From IMG/VR virus record IMGVR_UViG_3300025617_001484, positions 1 to 64,000 of that record: a stretch of DNA of 64,000 nt; one strand, 5' to 3'. The notes beneath the pieces were generated by a model. That model had not been told where the DNA came from. It made no database searches and was given only the letters and a program-made list of their open reading frames with translations. The stretch is from a virus. Both the position numbers and the translations under genes were made by a program. This document shows positions 46,868-58,262 of this stretch, one piece after another (the stretch's first letter is position 1; each line of letters begins with the position of its first letter).

Positions 46868-49800
46868 TTATATTTTCCTTATTTGGAAAGAGAATGTCGT
46901 AGAATAGTTTTTCCCAGTCTCCAAAGGAAACTCAAATGTGTAGGAAAGGGCATTTCTTTTTGTTAAGTTGTAATCTGGCTCCGAGTAATACGAATATCTG
47001 ATTCGATCGGGACTTATCAAATCACCCCTAAGCAATATCTCAGTAGAGCTTAATTCGGTTCCAGTTTTCTTTACAAAAAAATCAAAAGTTATACCTTCAT
47101 AAATAGGGACTATGTTCTTATCTATATAAGTCTTAATGTCGTCATTGATATTCTCTGGATCACCAACTCCAAATTCACTAATAATGTTATCGACGAAAAC
47201 CTTACTAACACCAGCATTCAAAAGATATCTTCTCAAAATCCTATCTAATCTAATAGAACCATTTAACGTATTAGTTCTTTCGTTTTTCTGCCAGAATACC
47301 TCAACATCCGGAAAAATCCCCTCATCAAACACTGGCAAATCAACATTTGATAAGACAGCACCCAATTGACCTATGCCGGTATTGGAAGTTTGTGGAGTAA
47401 TATTCTGTATACTTACCAGAGAACTTTTGGCTTCTTCATTGATCTTTTGTATGTCAGTTTCTCCAGTAGTTCTATTTACCTCCAAAGTTATAAAGGTGTA
47501 AGAAGTTATGTCGTACGGTGTTTGCATCATTTTAGAACCAAAGAATGACTTTTTCTCTCGCATTGATCTGGTACCAGCTACTGAAGAATTTTGAGTAGAA
47601 GATGTATATAAGTTAAAATATCCGGGGTCCCAAGTTGAAAGGAAAATAGAAAAGTCTTTTCTATCGATCGGAGTTTCACCTACTAGGGGATAAACAGGAC
47701 CCAAAGGAAGATTTTCCGAACCTTCGAGTATATTCTTACCCAACGAAACCTTGCTATAATTTAGATTCTCAACTTTACCAAAGTCCATTTTCTCCGGAGC
47801 AAAGGTACAGTTTCTATAACTTAGATCTGCACTACTATACCCAGAGATGGTATCTGTCTTATCATTTTTATATTTTATGATCTTCCTGAATAAAGGCTCG
47901 TATATCCCAGAATATCTCAATATGTCGGAGGCATATTGTGCACCACCAACATTTATCTGATATCCAGTTGGTTGGTTCTGACCTAAAGTCTGTGGACCAG
48001 AAAAATCATTTACCGGATAAGTTCCACTTGGTCTAAAGAGTGCAGTTGGTTGAGTCATATAAATTTCAAAATATCCACTCCTAACATCAGTTGTCTGGGT
48101 ATCTTCGTTCCACGAATAAGTTCGGTATTTAATAAAGGGGCTTTGGTCGTTTACACGATCTGATATTTGGGAGAGGGAAATTCTCCTCATTATAAAATCA
48201 AAGTATTTTTCACCACCCTCTATCTGGAAAACCGGATTATTTTCATAAGCACTTCTAGGTCCAACCGGTACTGTGGCAGGAGAGCTAAAGGCAAAAGGTA
48301 TGGAGAAAGTGTAGTTGGTACCAACAGGTCCAAACGATGCTAAATTTTTAGATCGACCTACAGGCCAAGGATATGTTGATGATATTGCGGGAATATCAAA
48401 ACTTCCCTTACCTGTTGACGAAAGTGACCCAGTACCACCAACTGGATATATGACATTTATTTCTTCCCTGAGATCAGTATCATATTCTGGATTTGGTATG
48501 GTATAGATAAACCCAGGATTTGTAAATTGTGTTACAGAGCTCTGTGAGGACATAGATAGATCCAGAGCTGCACTAAGTTTAATGTTGTCAATCTCGTAAA
48601 GAATGGTTCCAGTAGCACCTGTAGATCCAGTAGCACCCACACCAGAATCTTTTTTCTTATCGCTTAAGCTATAAAGCAAAAGGTAATCAACAAAAGGATT
48701 TCCCCCAGTTCCTCCAGTATAACCAAGAGGAAGTGCTCTATAATCTTTTATAACTATGCTACATATGAAAAGGACAGACTTTTGCTGCGTATTCTCTATA
48801 ATCTCATAGCTTACTGGGGATTGGATTGATGTGGTATCTTCAGGGACTACCCTGAGAACCGAAGCAAACTTATAGTCTTCAAACCCTCTAAAGTTTGGTA
48901 CATATTTATCCAAATCACTCTGCGGGTTAGATACGGCACTTCTTCTTCTCAGAGATATTTTAGCACCTCTGAAAATGGTATCATAAAATCCAGTGGAGTT
49001 GTTATATCTGAAGGGAGTAAATAACTCTTTGGTAGTATTACTAGGATCGTTATAAGGACTAGTATAATCCGACGGATCAACCGTAAAGAAGGAAGAGAAG
49101 TAAAGGCTATCTGAAGGGTTAGCACTTCTTACCTTACTCAAATCTATTTTACCCGGCAAGTAACTATTCTGTCCCTCTATTTTATCAACGGGATATCCAT
49201 CAGGAACACCCTCCAATAGCATCCACTCATGTGTAAGGTACATAGGATCTGGTATTTCCCTCTCAAAACTTGGTGAAAAGTTAGTTGGACTAAAGGCTGG
49301 AGATGAATTAAGTCTATATTTATTTCCCCTTGCATCAGTTCCTCCAAAATATCCCCATTTGTTAATATATGGAACTATCTTAGACCTATTTGCTCTCGAA
49401 GTAGTATAGTTTTCCTCCAGGTATTGATACTCGGTGTCAAGCTTACCGTAATTAAAAATATAGCCCTTCTCATTGGAAGGTGATACGGTTGCTGTTTCAC
49501 TAATAGACTGTATACCATAGAATCCATCGAATGAATCTAAATTTTGTTCAGATTTAATCGACTTTGGATTATAGTAGGTAGAGGTATCTTTCCACTCAAT
49601 TTGTGTGAATATAGCTGGTAGAACAATTGAATCCACCCCATTTGCAGTAAATCCAGTATCTAAGAAAGAATCAACAGAGCTTCCGATAAATGAATTACCC
49701 GCATTAATAATCCTTTCATTCACAGTACCCACATCAACTGTGATCTCTCCAGATTGTACTATATACTTTACGCCGGTCTTTATCTGTCCTGCCCTTTCGG

Positions 49801-52405
49801 GAATGAGTTGAAAATATCTGTGATATTCTGGGGTTGGAGTTTCACTATATGCTGAAGACCAAAAATCAAAATCAAAATCCTTGACATCAAAAAAAGTAAA
49901 AACTCCAGTTTCTATTTTAGGCATGTCAAAGAGGTTAAAAGATTGACTTGTTCCTAGACTTATCACAGACTTTTCGTCTCTTAAATTAGCTATAAGTAAC
50001 TCGTTATAGCCACCAAATCCTTCAACTTTCCCATTGGTACCAAAAAAAGGATTATCAACAAAATTAGTCACACTTTCAACCATGGAAGAATTACCGGTAA
50101 CTCCGGTACCAGAAGAAACCTCAATGAACGTTCCAGCAACTACTTTGTCTTTCTCTTTAATATCAAAAGCTACCCTAGAAAGTGAGTAATCCGTCCCACC
50201 TTCAAAATCAACAATTCCATTCAAAGTGGAAACGTCTTTACCCGCTATTTTAATGTACCCACTTTGTGAAAAAGTCGAGTAAGTTTCCCAGTTAGATGTA
50301 TCCAGACTAGGATCATTATATGGAGATCCAGGTGTTGCTGGGGAGATATTATTTTTAGCCTTGTAATAGGTGTTAGCATACAAAACAACATTGTTTGTCG
50401 AATATCCGCTTGTGTTGTTCCAAACCCCCATATATGAGGACGCAAATCCAGCATAGTCGTCGTAAACTACTACCTTAAACTGAGAGTTCAGTTTTTTCCC
50501 GCTTGCTTTGGTTCTTATTACAGAAGTTGATGAGCTTGGGGCAGAATTCCAAACAACATCGCTGATGGATGATATACAATCGGAAAAGGAAGAAGCTATT
50601 TCTTCTGTAGTACCATCTAGTCCATTAAAGTAATGGTTGTTTCCTGTGTTATAGGAAGACCCAGGACCCCACCCTACGAGAGTACCACCAAATTCACCTG
50701 ACTTTACAAGATCGTACTTTCCTGCAGATTCGCTCATGGTTCCATTGGGCCAAAATATCTTAAAAACTACCTCTTCGTCAAGTTCTATATTGTTTAGGAA
50801 TTCTATACCAATATTAGACCTTCCTCTTTCTCCTGTTAATGTTCCTTTTATGGAACCAATTTTATCACCAACCCCAGTAAAATTCTGGAGATTAACGGAT
50901 CTATTAGCAATTACTAGAGTCCCTGTATCTAGAGAGGGATTTCCAGTAGTTCCAAAAGAAGTCCCATTATAAGGCCCATATTTAGCATATTCCGGAGTAT
51001 TGTCTTCCCAGCTTTTTGTGGTTGAGTTATAATTTTCAAACCTTTTAAGGGAATAGAAATTATCAGATTTATCGGTAATATAGTAAAGCTTTTGTGGATC
51101 ATTTACGTTAGTATCATATGATCCCGGTAGCCATCCACTAGCACCTTCGTAGTATAATCTAACACCTCCAGTACTGCTTTGGAAGTTCGGTTTATTATCG
51201 TTATAATAACCAAGATTATTTCTGGATGGCTTTGGTAAATTTAAATTACCCTCGCCATTTTTAAATTTATAAAAATAATCGCCGTTTAGGAAAAATTCTC
51301 CAAGATCATTCTTAGAAACATAAAATCCATAATATCTGTTTATAGTATAAAGATCCGAATCAGTATCGTTGAAAAAATATTCCATATTCAACACATTCGG
51401 AGAAATTATTCCATTCCTTTGAAACCCATCAGTCACATATTCTTCAAAATCGGACTGTACAGAAGACTGTGGACTAACTAGATAATCATATAGAAGTTCA
51501 CCTCTTTCTGTAAAGACGCCATCCTTTATACTTGCACCGTTATAATAAGTGTAAGTGTTTTTCTGGAAGGAGAAGTTAATCGGTGCTTGTTTATAGTTTT
51601 TGTTATTTACTATGCTTCTTATATACTTTCCTATTTTAGTCTCGGCTCTTAAATCGTATGTAGCAACAACACTGGAATTTGGGAGTATTTTTGAATTGAA
51701 GAAAGATTCGACATCATCCACTTGCGGTTGATATTTGATCTCGCTCATTTCAGCAACTTTACCGCTTCCGCTTAATACTGAATAGCTTGTATATAGATTA
51801 ACACCAGTAAAAATATCACCATCCGCATAAACTATATCATTCCCAGAATTATCCTTCCCATACGAAATAGTAAAAGTGTCGTCCGTGTCAGAGTCTGGAT
51901 CTTGTATTAGCTTATATTCCTTTCCAGTCTCAATTGAGGAAACATTAGTCGTATAAGGATAGCTGATTGGATCAGAAACCTTAAATATAACGAAAAACTC
52001 AGGAAGCTCATCTCTTAACCATAGTGGTTGGAGATAAGTAAAATTTTCTTGATAGTTCTTGTCAATTAGTGTTGAAGCTCCACTACCATAAAAAAAATCA
52101 TACTGAGACTCAAAATCCTCAACAGCTTTTCTACTACCATCAGTAAATTGACCAACTTGAAATATCAGATCATTTCCTATGGTTCCCTTTTCAAAAAAAT
52201 TGTAGAGGTCAGTAGCATAAGAATCCTCTCCCGTTACCTGGAATTTCTTAAATCTATTAGAGCTTAAAGTTGGATTAGCATTAAAGGAATTTAGCCATAC
52301 GCCACCAGAGGAATCAACAGAGACTTTTACGTTCCCTGTTAATTTAGGATTTGCTCTTAATAGTCCAAAGGATGAGTTATAATCAAATAATTTTGGTGAA
52401 GCCAT
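46868..52405 (-). CDS. Large virion structural protein (baseplate/tail-associated)
   Basis: 1845 aa, Y/F/S/T/N-rich, with an internal carbohydrate-binding-like segment (W...Y..NNVVLY...YKA). Structural context. Confidence 0.55.
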   Translation of the reverse strand: MASPKLFDYNSSFGLLRANPKLTGNVKVSVDSSGGVWLNSFNANPTLSSNRFKKFQVTGEDSYATDLYNFFEKGTIGNDLIFQVGQFTDGSRKAVEDFESQYDFFYGSGASTLIDKNYQENFTYLQPLWLRDELPEFFVIFKVSDPISYPYTTNVSSIETGKEYKLIQDPDSDTDDTFTISYGKDNSGNDIVYADGDIFTGVNLYTSYSVLSGSGKVAEMSEIKYQPQVDDVESFFNSKILPNSSVVATYDLRAETKIGKYIRSIVNNKNYKQAPINFSFQKNTYTYYNGASIKDGVFTERGELLYDYLVSPQSSVQSDFEEYVTDGFQRNGIISPNVLNMEYFFNDTDSDLYTINRYYGFYVSKNDLGEFFLNGDYFYKFKNGEGNLNLPKPSRNNLGYYNDNKPNFQSSTGGVRLYYEGASGWLPGSYDTNVNDPQKLYYITDKSDNFYSLKRFENYNSTTKSWEDNTPEYAKYGPYNGTSFGTTGNPSLDTGTLVIANRSVNLQNFTGVGDKIGSIKGTLTGERGRSNIGIEFLNNIELDEEVVFKIFWPNGTMSESAGKYDLVKSGEFGGTLVGWGPGSSYNTGNNHYFNGLDGTTEEIASSFSDCISSISDVVWNSAPSSSTSVIRTKASGKKLNSQFKVVVYDDYAGFASSYMGVWNNTSGYSTNNVVLYANTYYKAKNNISPATPGSPYNDPSLDTSNWETYSTFSQSGYIKIAGKDVSTLNGIVDFEGGTDYSLSRVAFDIKEKDKVVAGTFIEVSSGTGVTGNSSMVESVTNFVDNPFFGTNGKVEGFGGYNELLIANLRDEKSVISLGTSQSFNLFDMPKIETGVFTFFDVKDFDFDFWSSAYSETPTPEYHRYFQLIPERAGQIKTGVKYIVQSGEITVDVGTVNERIINAGNSFIGSSVDSFLDTGFTANGVDSIVLPAIFTQIEWKDTSTYYNPKSIKSEQNLDSFDGFYGIQSISETATVSPSNEKGYIFNYGKLDTEYQYLEENYTTSRANRSKIVPYINKWGYFGGTDARGNKYRLNSSPAFSPTNFSPSFEREIPDPMYLTHEWMLLEGVPDGYPVDKIEGQNSYLPGKIDLSKVRSANPSDSLYFSSFFTVDPSDYTSPYNDPSNTTKELFTPFRYNNSTGFYDTIFRGAKISLRRRSAVSNPQSDLDKYVPNFRGFEDYKFASVLRVVPEDTTSIQSPVSYEIIENTQQKSVLFICSIVIKDYRALPLGYTGGTGGNPFVDYLLLYSLSDKKKDSGVGATGSTGATGTILYEIDNIKLSAALDLSMSSQSSVTQFTNPGFIYTIPNPEYDTDLREEINVIYPVGGTGSLSSTGKGSFDIPAISSTYPWPVGRSKNLASFGPVGTNYTFSIPFAFSSPATVPVGPRSAYENNPVFQIEGGEKYFDFIMRRISLSQISDRVNDQSPFIKYRTYSWNEDTQTTDVRSGYFEIYMTQPTALFRPSGTYPVNDFSGPQTLGQNQPTGYQINVGGAQYASDILRYSGIYEPLFRKIIKYKNDKTDTISGYSSADLSYRNCTFAPEKMDFGKVENLNYSKVSLGKNILEGSENLPLGPVYPLVGETPIDRKDFSIFLSTWDPGYFNLYTSSTQNSSVAGTRSMREKKSFFGSKMMQTPYDITSYTFITLEVNRTTGETDIQKINEEAKSSLVSIQNITPQTSNTGIGQLGAVLSNVDLPVFDEGIFPDVEVFWQKNERTNTLNGSIRLDRILRRYLLNAGVSKVFVDNIISEFGVGDPENINDDIKTYIDKNIVPIYEGITFDFFVKKTGTELSSTEILLRGDLISPDRIRYSYYSEPDYNLTKRNALSYTFEFPLETGKNYSTTFSFQIRKI

Positions 52406-52449
52406 TTAAAAGGTTTTTTCTTTATTTAAACACTTATGCTAAGTTTATA

Positions 52450-55400
52450 TTAGATGTCCGTGCCAGTTGATGAGAAATTAGGAGAAGATAATGTGTCATT
52501 TTTATATTTACCAGTTACTCTAACATCAAAAGAGAAAGGACTCTGATTTCTAACCTGTATGTCAATTCCAGCTTTTTTGCTGTATTTGATATTAGTTGGG
52601 TTTCCGTCTGATCTGAATCCACCAATATATCCCAATTTATCGTTTGCCCTAAATTGGAATATTAAAGGTACGTTAATAGCATTAGCATCCCCTTTTTTCA
52701 CAAACTTTGAAGCTAGTTGTGTTGAACCTTCAACTTGTACAGTCGATGCTGTCGGTGGACCGAGGAAAAGATACGATCCACAGGTATATCTTCCTATCAA
52801 ATATTCATCATCAGCTGTAAATCCTAGTTTATTGGGGTACATCGAATCTTCCCTTGCAGCAGTAGCTCCTTGTACAAAGTCAGTAGAAACCTGCTGATAA
52901 CCAAGCTGCTGGAAATTATTAAGAGTAGTAGAATCAAGGTAGAAGTAATCAGAATGTCTGAAATATGGATACACTACTACACCACCAGAAAAATTAGGTT
53001 TAACCAAGTTGGTAAAGCTTAATCCAGTAGATAGCGATGGATGGTCTTTATGTATACAAAATTCACTTAAGGTACCATTACCATTTCCAGTATAGTTTCC
53101 AGTTGATCCTGATATTGTTCCGTTCCAAACACTAGCATCTGTACCAGATGCAGTCGGGACAGAGGAATTAGTTGGGTCGAAAGGTAGAAGTTGACTACCG
53201 TTTCTTGGTAAGGAAGATGAATCTCCGTCATACAAATAAGATCCAGCAAAAGAGGCTGGAGTAATGTATAGGGAAGAATCAAATCCTACTGATTTCCATC
53301 TTGGGTAGATGAACTGACTGTTAGAATTTCCAGAAGCATATGGAGGTGCTTGTCTAAATTCTTGGAACGATTGGTTGTTTGCACCCCCAGTAGATCCAAC
53401 TGGTACGATATCAGAAGTATTCAGAGAGGTTATTGAAATTGGTACATCACCATACCTAAGATTAGTTGCATATCCCTCAGGGAGACTATAAGAAGAACTC
53501 GTACCTGCCAAAGTGGATAGTCCGCCGGGTAATATAGAAGAGAGCTCTAATAGACCACCGGAGGTATTGATAATTTGTATCTCATAAACAGTAGAAGCAA
53601 TCTTACCAGCATCAGTAGTAGAAGCATTAACATAAATCTGATTATAATACCCAGCGTTAAGATTAATAGTAGAACCGTTGGTAACCAATTGGGTATTAGA
53701 TCCATCTACCAAATAAACCTCCAATGTACCTATAGATCCCTCCAGAGTTGATTTCAGAGAATTCAACTGATCCTGCATTTCATTCAGTTTTTGAAAAAGA
53801 TCCACGGGGGATCCAGAAGAATTGTAATATCCACTAAGAATAGAGGTGGATGCAAGATAATAGGTTTTTTCCCCAGCAACGACCTGTTGATCTAAAAGAC
53901 CTCCAATGCCCTTAGCATTTAAATCTTCTTGTATTGCTAAAACAGCCTCGTCTCTTAAATTAGAAGCGACGCTCTCGGTAGTGCTCTGTGTAGATAGATC
54001 CTCCGGGAAAGTTACTACGACAGGTTGTGAGAATTCGGACATTACCGGATTGTCTGGCCAACCTGCTTCAGATACTGATTTGATTCTGATTTCAACTCTT
54101 TCCCCTTTGGTAATTGGTATGTCCAATTGGTTTATATTGGTAGCATCAGCATTATCAGTATCTTCAGGGGCCCATATATAAGTACCTGTATTACTGTCGT
54201 ATATTTTCTTCCTTATTTCAGATTTTACCTCATTCCAATTACTGAATGCCCCAGATTTTTCTTGTCCGTTATCATCAAGATAGCTAATCTGCTCTACAGC
54301 TGGTGAAGATCCAGAATCTGTAAGATACCTATACTGGATAACAAACTGAATAACACTCTGATCGCCCGTAATTTGGCTATTTTTTGGAAGTGGTATTGGC
54401 CAAAATCCTCTTACCCTATATTTTGGTTCTACCTTTAACTGAGGATTACTCTCAGAGATAGTTGTAATATCACTTACAACAGATGAAAGTAATTGTTGTT
54501 TTTGAACCCTCTGTTCAGTTAATGAATTTAAACTAGCCTGCACAGAACTCCCAGAATTAGAACTGATAGGATTCTGAGATTGAGCTATATTATTAGCAGC
54601 GACAGCGGAATTGAGACCAACGTTGGAGGAAACGGAAGTTGAAGAAACAGAATTTAGATCAGTTCTGGCTTTAGAAATAGATCCGTCTAATTGCTGTATT
54701 TCAGACTGCAAGGTAGCTTTAAGGGAAACCTTATCATTTAGAGTTTCTACATCAGTACCACTAGTTAACTGTTTATTAACCTGAACTACCTTAAAGTTGT
54801 CTGCACTTACTGTTGGCGAGTCTGGAATTACACCATTTATTGCACTAACCTTTTTCTCCTTTGCCATGCCCAGGAATATCTGACCTAGATCTGCTACGGA
54901 GATAAGGTAAAATTGCTCTAAAGTTTGAACTCCGCTTTGTGTGTTTATATTGAGCTCATTGCTAAATAATACTACCCCATTTGACCACGTAGATCCTATT
55001 ACATTAAAATTATCATCAATTTGCTTAAAGAATATACCTTGTCTTTCATCAAAGCCAACATTTACTTCGATGAGTCTTGGACTTAGCTGATTAGATAGGA
55101 GTGTTAATTGATTTTCTCCTATCTGGACAGGCTGATAACCAGAGGTTCTTTTCATCTGGACTGATGTCTCCTCTATATTAACAGCAGTAATTAGGTATCT
55201 AGTCCCATCGTTTGTAAGTAACGTATCACCTACTGCAAGTGTACGTCCATCAGTAACATTAGATGTAGTATCGGTGTAATTAACCGTATTGAGCTTGTAA
55301 TTTCTCCTAGTCTCCTGTACTTCATTACCATTAGAATCTGTTATAGTCACAACATCATCATAGAAAGAGAGGACGCCAAAGTTACCTTTGTTTCTTATAG

Positions 55401-56019
55401 TTCTAAGTGGTAAGTCAATATTATCCTCATCCACAAAGTAATCTATTCCGCCGTCTACCAACTGGTCTATGTAATCCTGTTCACCGAGGTCGTTTCTCCC
55501 CTTTAGATTATTATCAAAATATGCCTTCTTCTCGTCAGTGTTTGTGTTTGCAATAATTCTTTTCACTCTAACTCTATCAGCATCATCAGCAACTTGTCCA
55601 GTTACGTCTATAGAGATATAAAGTAAGGGGCTTAAAAAGCTTTCAAAGAACCAATTATCCCTTGTTGAAAAAGTACTAGGTACCTGGAGGTTTTGTAGAG
55701 GTGCCGGATCTTTTAAAGGCTGGGATTTATAAACTTGACTGTATGTACCATCTGGGTTCCTAACAGTGGCAAAGTTATCACCAAGTCCCGCCAAAGATTG
55801 TACGTTAGAATCTAGTCTTTCAATCTCACTCCTTAAATATCCATAAGCAGGTATGCTAGTAAGAGATGGTAATCCGTTTTCGTCAAGTAACTCAATCTGT
55901 ACATTTTCATTGGTAGAAGTTGCTACCTCATTGAGTCCATTTATTATCTCGAGTGAATTTTTTTGTAGCCTTAAAAACTGTGCTACTAAAGAGCTTATTG
56001 AATTTTGTGTTGATGCCAT
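52450..56019 (-). CDS. Large virion structural protein
   Basis: 1189 aa with coiled-coil and FN3-like segments (IRIKSVSEAGWP...SEFS). Confidence 0.55.
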   Translation of the reverse strand: MASTQNSISSLVAQFLRLQKNSLEIINGLNEVATSTNENVQIELLDENGLPSLTSIPAYGYLRSEIERLDSNVQSLAGLGDNFATVRNPDGTYSQVYKSQPLKDPAPLQNLQVPSTFSTRDNWFFESFLSPLLYISIDVTGQVADDADRVRVKRIIANTNTDEKKAYFDNNLKGRNDLGEQDYIDQLVDGGIDYFVDEDNIDLPLRTIRNKGNFGVLSFYDDVVTITDSNGNEVQETRRNYKLNTVNYTDTTSNVTDGRTLAVGDTLLTNDGTRYLITAVNIEETSVQMKRTSGYQPVQIGENQLTLLSNQLSPRLIEVNVGFDERQGIFFKQIDDNFNVIGSTWSNGVVLFSNELNINTQSGVQTLEQFYLISVADLGQIFLGMAKEKKVSAINGVIPDSPTVSADNFKVVQVNKQLTSGTDVETLNDKVSLKATLQSEIQQLDGSISKARTDLNSVSSTSVSSNVGLNSAVAANNIAQSQNPISSNSGSSVQASLNSLTEQRVQKQQLLSSVVSDITTISESNPQLKVEPKYRVRGFWPIPLPKNSQITGDQSVIQFVIQYRYLTDSGSSPAVEQISYLDDNGQEKSGAFSNWNEVKSEIRKKIYDSNTGTYIWAPEDTDNADATNINQLDIPITKGERVEIRIKSVSEAGWPDNPVMSEFSQPVVVTFPEDLSTQSTTESVASNLRDEAVLAIQEDLNAKGIGGLLDQQVVAGEKTYYLASTSILSGYYNSSGSPVDLFQKLNEMQDQLNSLKSTLEGSIGTLEVYLVDGSNTQLVTNGSTINLNAGYYNQIYVNASTTDAGKIASTVYEIQIINTSGGLLELSSILPGGLSTLAGTSSSYSLPEGYATNLRYGDVPISITSLNTSDIVPVGSTGGANNQSFQEFRQAPPYASGNSNSQFIYPRWKSVGFDSSLYITPASFAGSYLYDGDSSSLPRNGSQLLPFDPTNSSVPTASGTDASVWNGTISGSTGNYTGNGNGTLSEFCIHKDHPSLSTGLSFTNLVKPNFSGGVVVYPYFRHSDYFYLDSTTLNNFQQLGYQQVSTDFVQGATAAREDSMYPNKLGFTADDEYLIGRYTCGSYLFLGPPTASTVQVEGSTQLASKFVKKGDANAINVPLIFQFRANDKLGYIGGFRSDGNPTNIKYSKKAGIDIQVRNQSPFSFDVRVTGKYKNDTLSSPNFSSTGTDI

Positions 56020-56035
56020 TTTATTTTATAAAATT

Positions 56036-58246
56036 TTACCCGTTATTTGTTAAACTTTTTCCGACGATCTCCGCTTGGAATATTAGATTATCTGGGTTGA
56101 TACAAACTATTTCAATTACGGGCATATAGTCGTAGGAAGAAATATCGGAATCAACCAAAGAAATTATCAAACTGGAATAAGCAACACCCGTTGGGTTATC
56201 GAGAGGATACTTACCGATAGAATTAGTTAGGAAATTTACTGTAAAGTCTCCAGGAATTATCTGATCCCCGAAACTAAATCTGAAAGATTGTCCTTTTTTC
56301 CAATTTACCGTTGAATCATCTATTCTTATTGTAAGATCGGAGGATAAAGTTATTGGAGTTCCATTATTTACATGCTTTACGTAATTTCCAAATGTTCTAA
56401 GACCAATTATATTTTGTGAATTATTCTGTAAAGTCACAGTACCGTTATTATCACCTAGATTAAACTCCTGGTTATTATTTTCTATGGTAACCTGATTTGG
56501 TATGGATCTATTTACAATTACACCCGTTCCTTGCTTTATGGCATCTAGGTTATATGATATTTCAACAGAGGTCTCGTTATTAATGATAGCCCTTATAAGC
56601 TCATAATTCTGTGTAATCAGTCCCATTACTGACTGGGTATTATTAAATAATGCCTGATTAGCAGCATAAGAACTTTCTAGACTATTTATTCTTCTATCTA
56701 AAGACGAGGAAGTATCTTGAGTTAAAAGGAGGTTCTCAACTGCAGATAGTCTTCTCTCCAGGTCAATATAGCTAGCAGCATTATTATTAAGAGTACCAGA
56801 AGCATCCTGGAGTACATTAACTGCGTCCATAAACATAGTCAGAGAGAATGGAGAATAGTCATTAATTGCTTGCTCCACCCCAGTTTGATCTATGTCTACA
56901 TCAAATTTTATATTTAGTTTAAGACCGTAAGCATTACCATTAAGCTTTGTTACAATGTTAGGCTTATACTTTTGAAATCTAGGAATGCTATAAACATTAG
57001 ATCCAGTGGTCTGAACGTCATCCAAAAATAAAACTCCGTAAAGATTCGTTGACGAGTTGTTTGGTTCTGCAGGATCATAAACATCATAATAGATCAATAC
57101 TGCATTAAACTCAAAGTCTTCAGAAATTGATGTTGAATTGAATTCTTCTATAGTAGAAATCGAAGCATCGTCAACAATTTGTTTATAAGAATCTGGATCG
57201 AAATCAATACCTACAGAATCCAATCTAGTTCTAACATACCTCTGAAATCCAACCCCAGCGGTCGCACCAGAAACAGATTTATCAATTATGAGAGATGTTG
57301 GGTCTGTGAAAGACGAGTCTGTAAAGTATGTGTTAGCGGTATCTCTAGGAGAATACCAGTTGCCGTCACCTGTAGATCCGTTGGTAGTATCAGAAAAAGT
57401 TACTGTTGGTGATCCAAGTACATCGTCATCAAAAATTGCAAGATTTGTTAAACCACTTGGATTCAACTCGTCATACGATCTTCCAGTCAAATATTCCTTG
57501 TCAAGAGGATCTGAAGGATTGTTGGTCCACTGGAAATCTGGATAGTAATTTTCATCAACAACATTCTTAAACAATACAGTAGGTGTATTTCCATCTTTGG
57601 TTGGTACATTGACATAAACCTCCGAGTAAGTGTTGTTATTATTCTTAACAGAATTTACTATATCAAGATTACCTACATACTGGACTACTCTATTATAAGT
57701 AGATCCTGAAAGTCCAAAAGAACCTGTTCCCCCGCTTGGATCACCTTCGACATATCTTTTTTGTGTAGACGGTAAATTATTTACTGTAACCACAGTATTC
57801 TGATCCAGGGTCGACACTACCTGATCTGAAGAAGCAGGCTGATATCTAATAGCTCCCAATTCCTTCAGCCACTTAAAGAATACCCTCTCAGAAACATTTT
57901 GTTTAAGATCCGCGTTATAATTGTCAGTACTTAAAACAGTAGTTTCAAAATTTAAACAGTAGCTTTGGAAACTCTGAGAAAAATCGATGTTAGCATTCCC
58001 GGTTATTATGTTTCCGGCACTATTTGCATAATCTAAAAAAGCACTATCAGGAGCATTAAGTTTAATGCTATTACCCAAAGGATCCCCAGAGTTAATATCC
58101 GGGATATTCAGAAGAGCAAATTTCGAAAACTTGAACTTATTTACAGAGTTGTTAAACGTAAAAGACAGATCTTCAGCAGAGGAAGAAAAAGCGTAAAACG
58201 TTCCACCCTGTACTTGAAGAGGTCTTATAAATGGAGTTTTTGCCAT
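56036..58246 (-). CDS. Virion structural protein
   Basis: 736 aa with a coiled-coil segment, in the structural cluster. Confidence 0.55.
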   Translation of the reverse strand: MAKTPFIRPLQVQGGTFYAFSSSAEDLSFTFNNSVNKFKFSKFALLNIPDINSGDPLGNSIKLNAPDSAFLDYANSAGNIITGNANIDFSQSFQSYCLNFETTVLSTDNYNADLKQNVSERVFFKWLKELGAIRYQPASSDQVVSTLDQNTVVTVNNLPSTQKRYVEGDPSGGTGSFGLSGSTYNRVVQYVGNLDIVNSVKNNNNTYSEVYVNVPTKDGNTPTVLFKNVVDENYYPDFQWTNNPSDPLDKEYLTGRSYDELNPSGLTNLAIFDDDVLGSPTVTFSDTTNGSTGDGNWYSPRDTANTYFTDSSFTDPTSLIIDKSVSGATAGVGFQRYVRTRLDSVGIDFDPDSYKQIVDDASISTIEEFNSTSISEDFEFNAVLIYYDVYDPAEPNNSSTNLYGVLFLDDVQTTGSNVYSIPRFQKYKPNIVTKLNGNAYGLKLNIKFDVDIDQTGVEQAINDYSPFSLTMFMDAVNVLQDASGTLNNNAASYIDLERRLSAVENLLLTQDTSSSLDRRINSLESSYAANQALFNNTQSVMGLITQNYELIRAIINNETSVEISYNLDAIKQGTGVIVNRSIPNQVTIENNNQEFNLGDNNGTVTLQNNSQNIIGLRTFGNYVKHVNNGTPITLSSDLTIRIDDSTVNWKKGQSFRFSFGDQIIPGDFTVNFLTNSIGKYPLDNPTGVAYSSLIISLVDSDISSYDYMPVIEIVCINPDNLIFQAEIVGKSLTNNG

Positions 58247-58262
58247 CTATCCTATTTTTTTA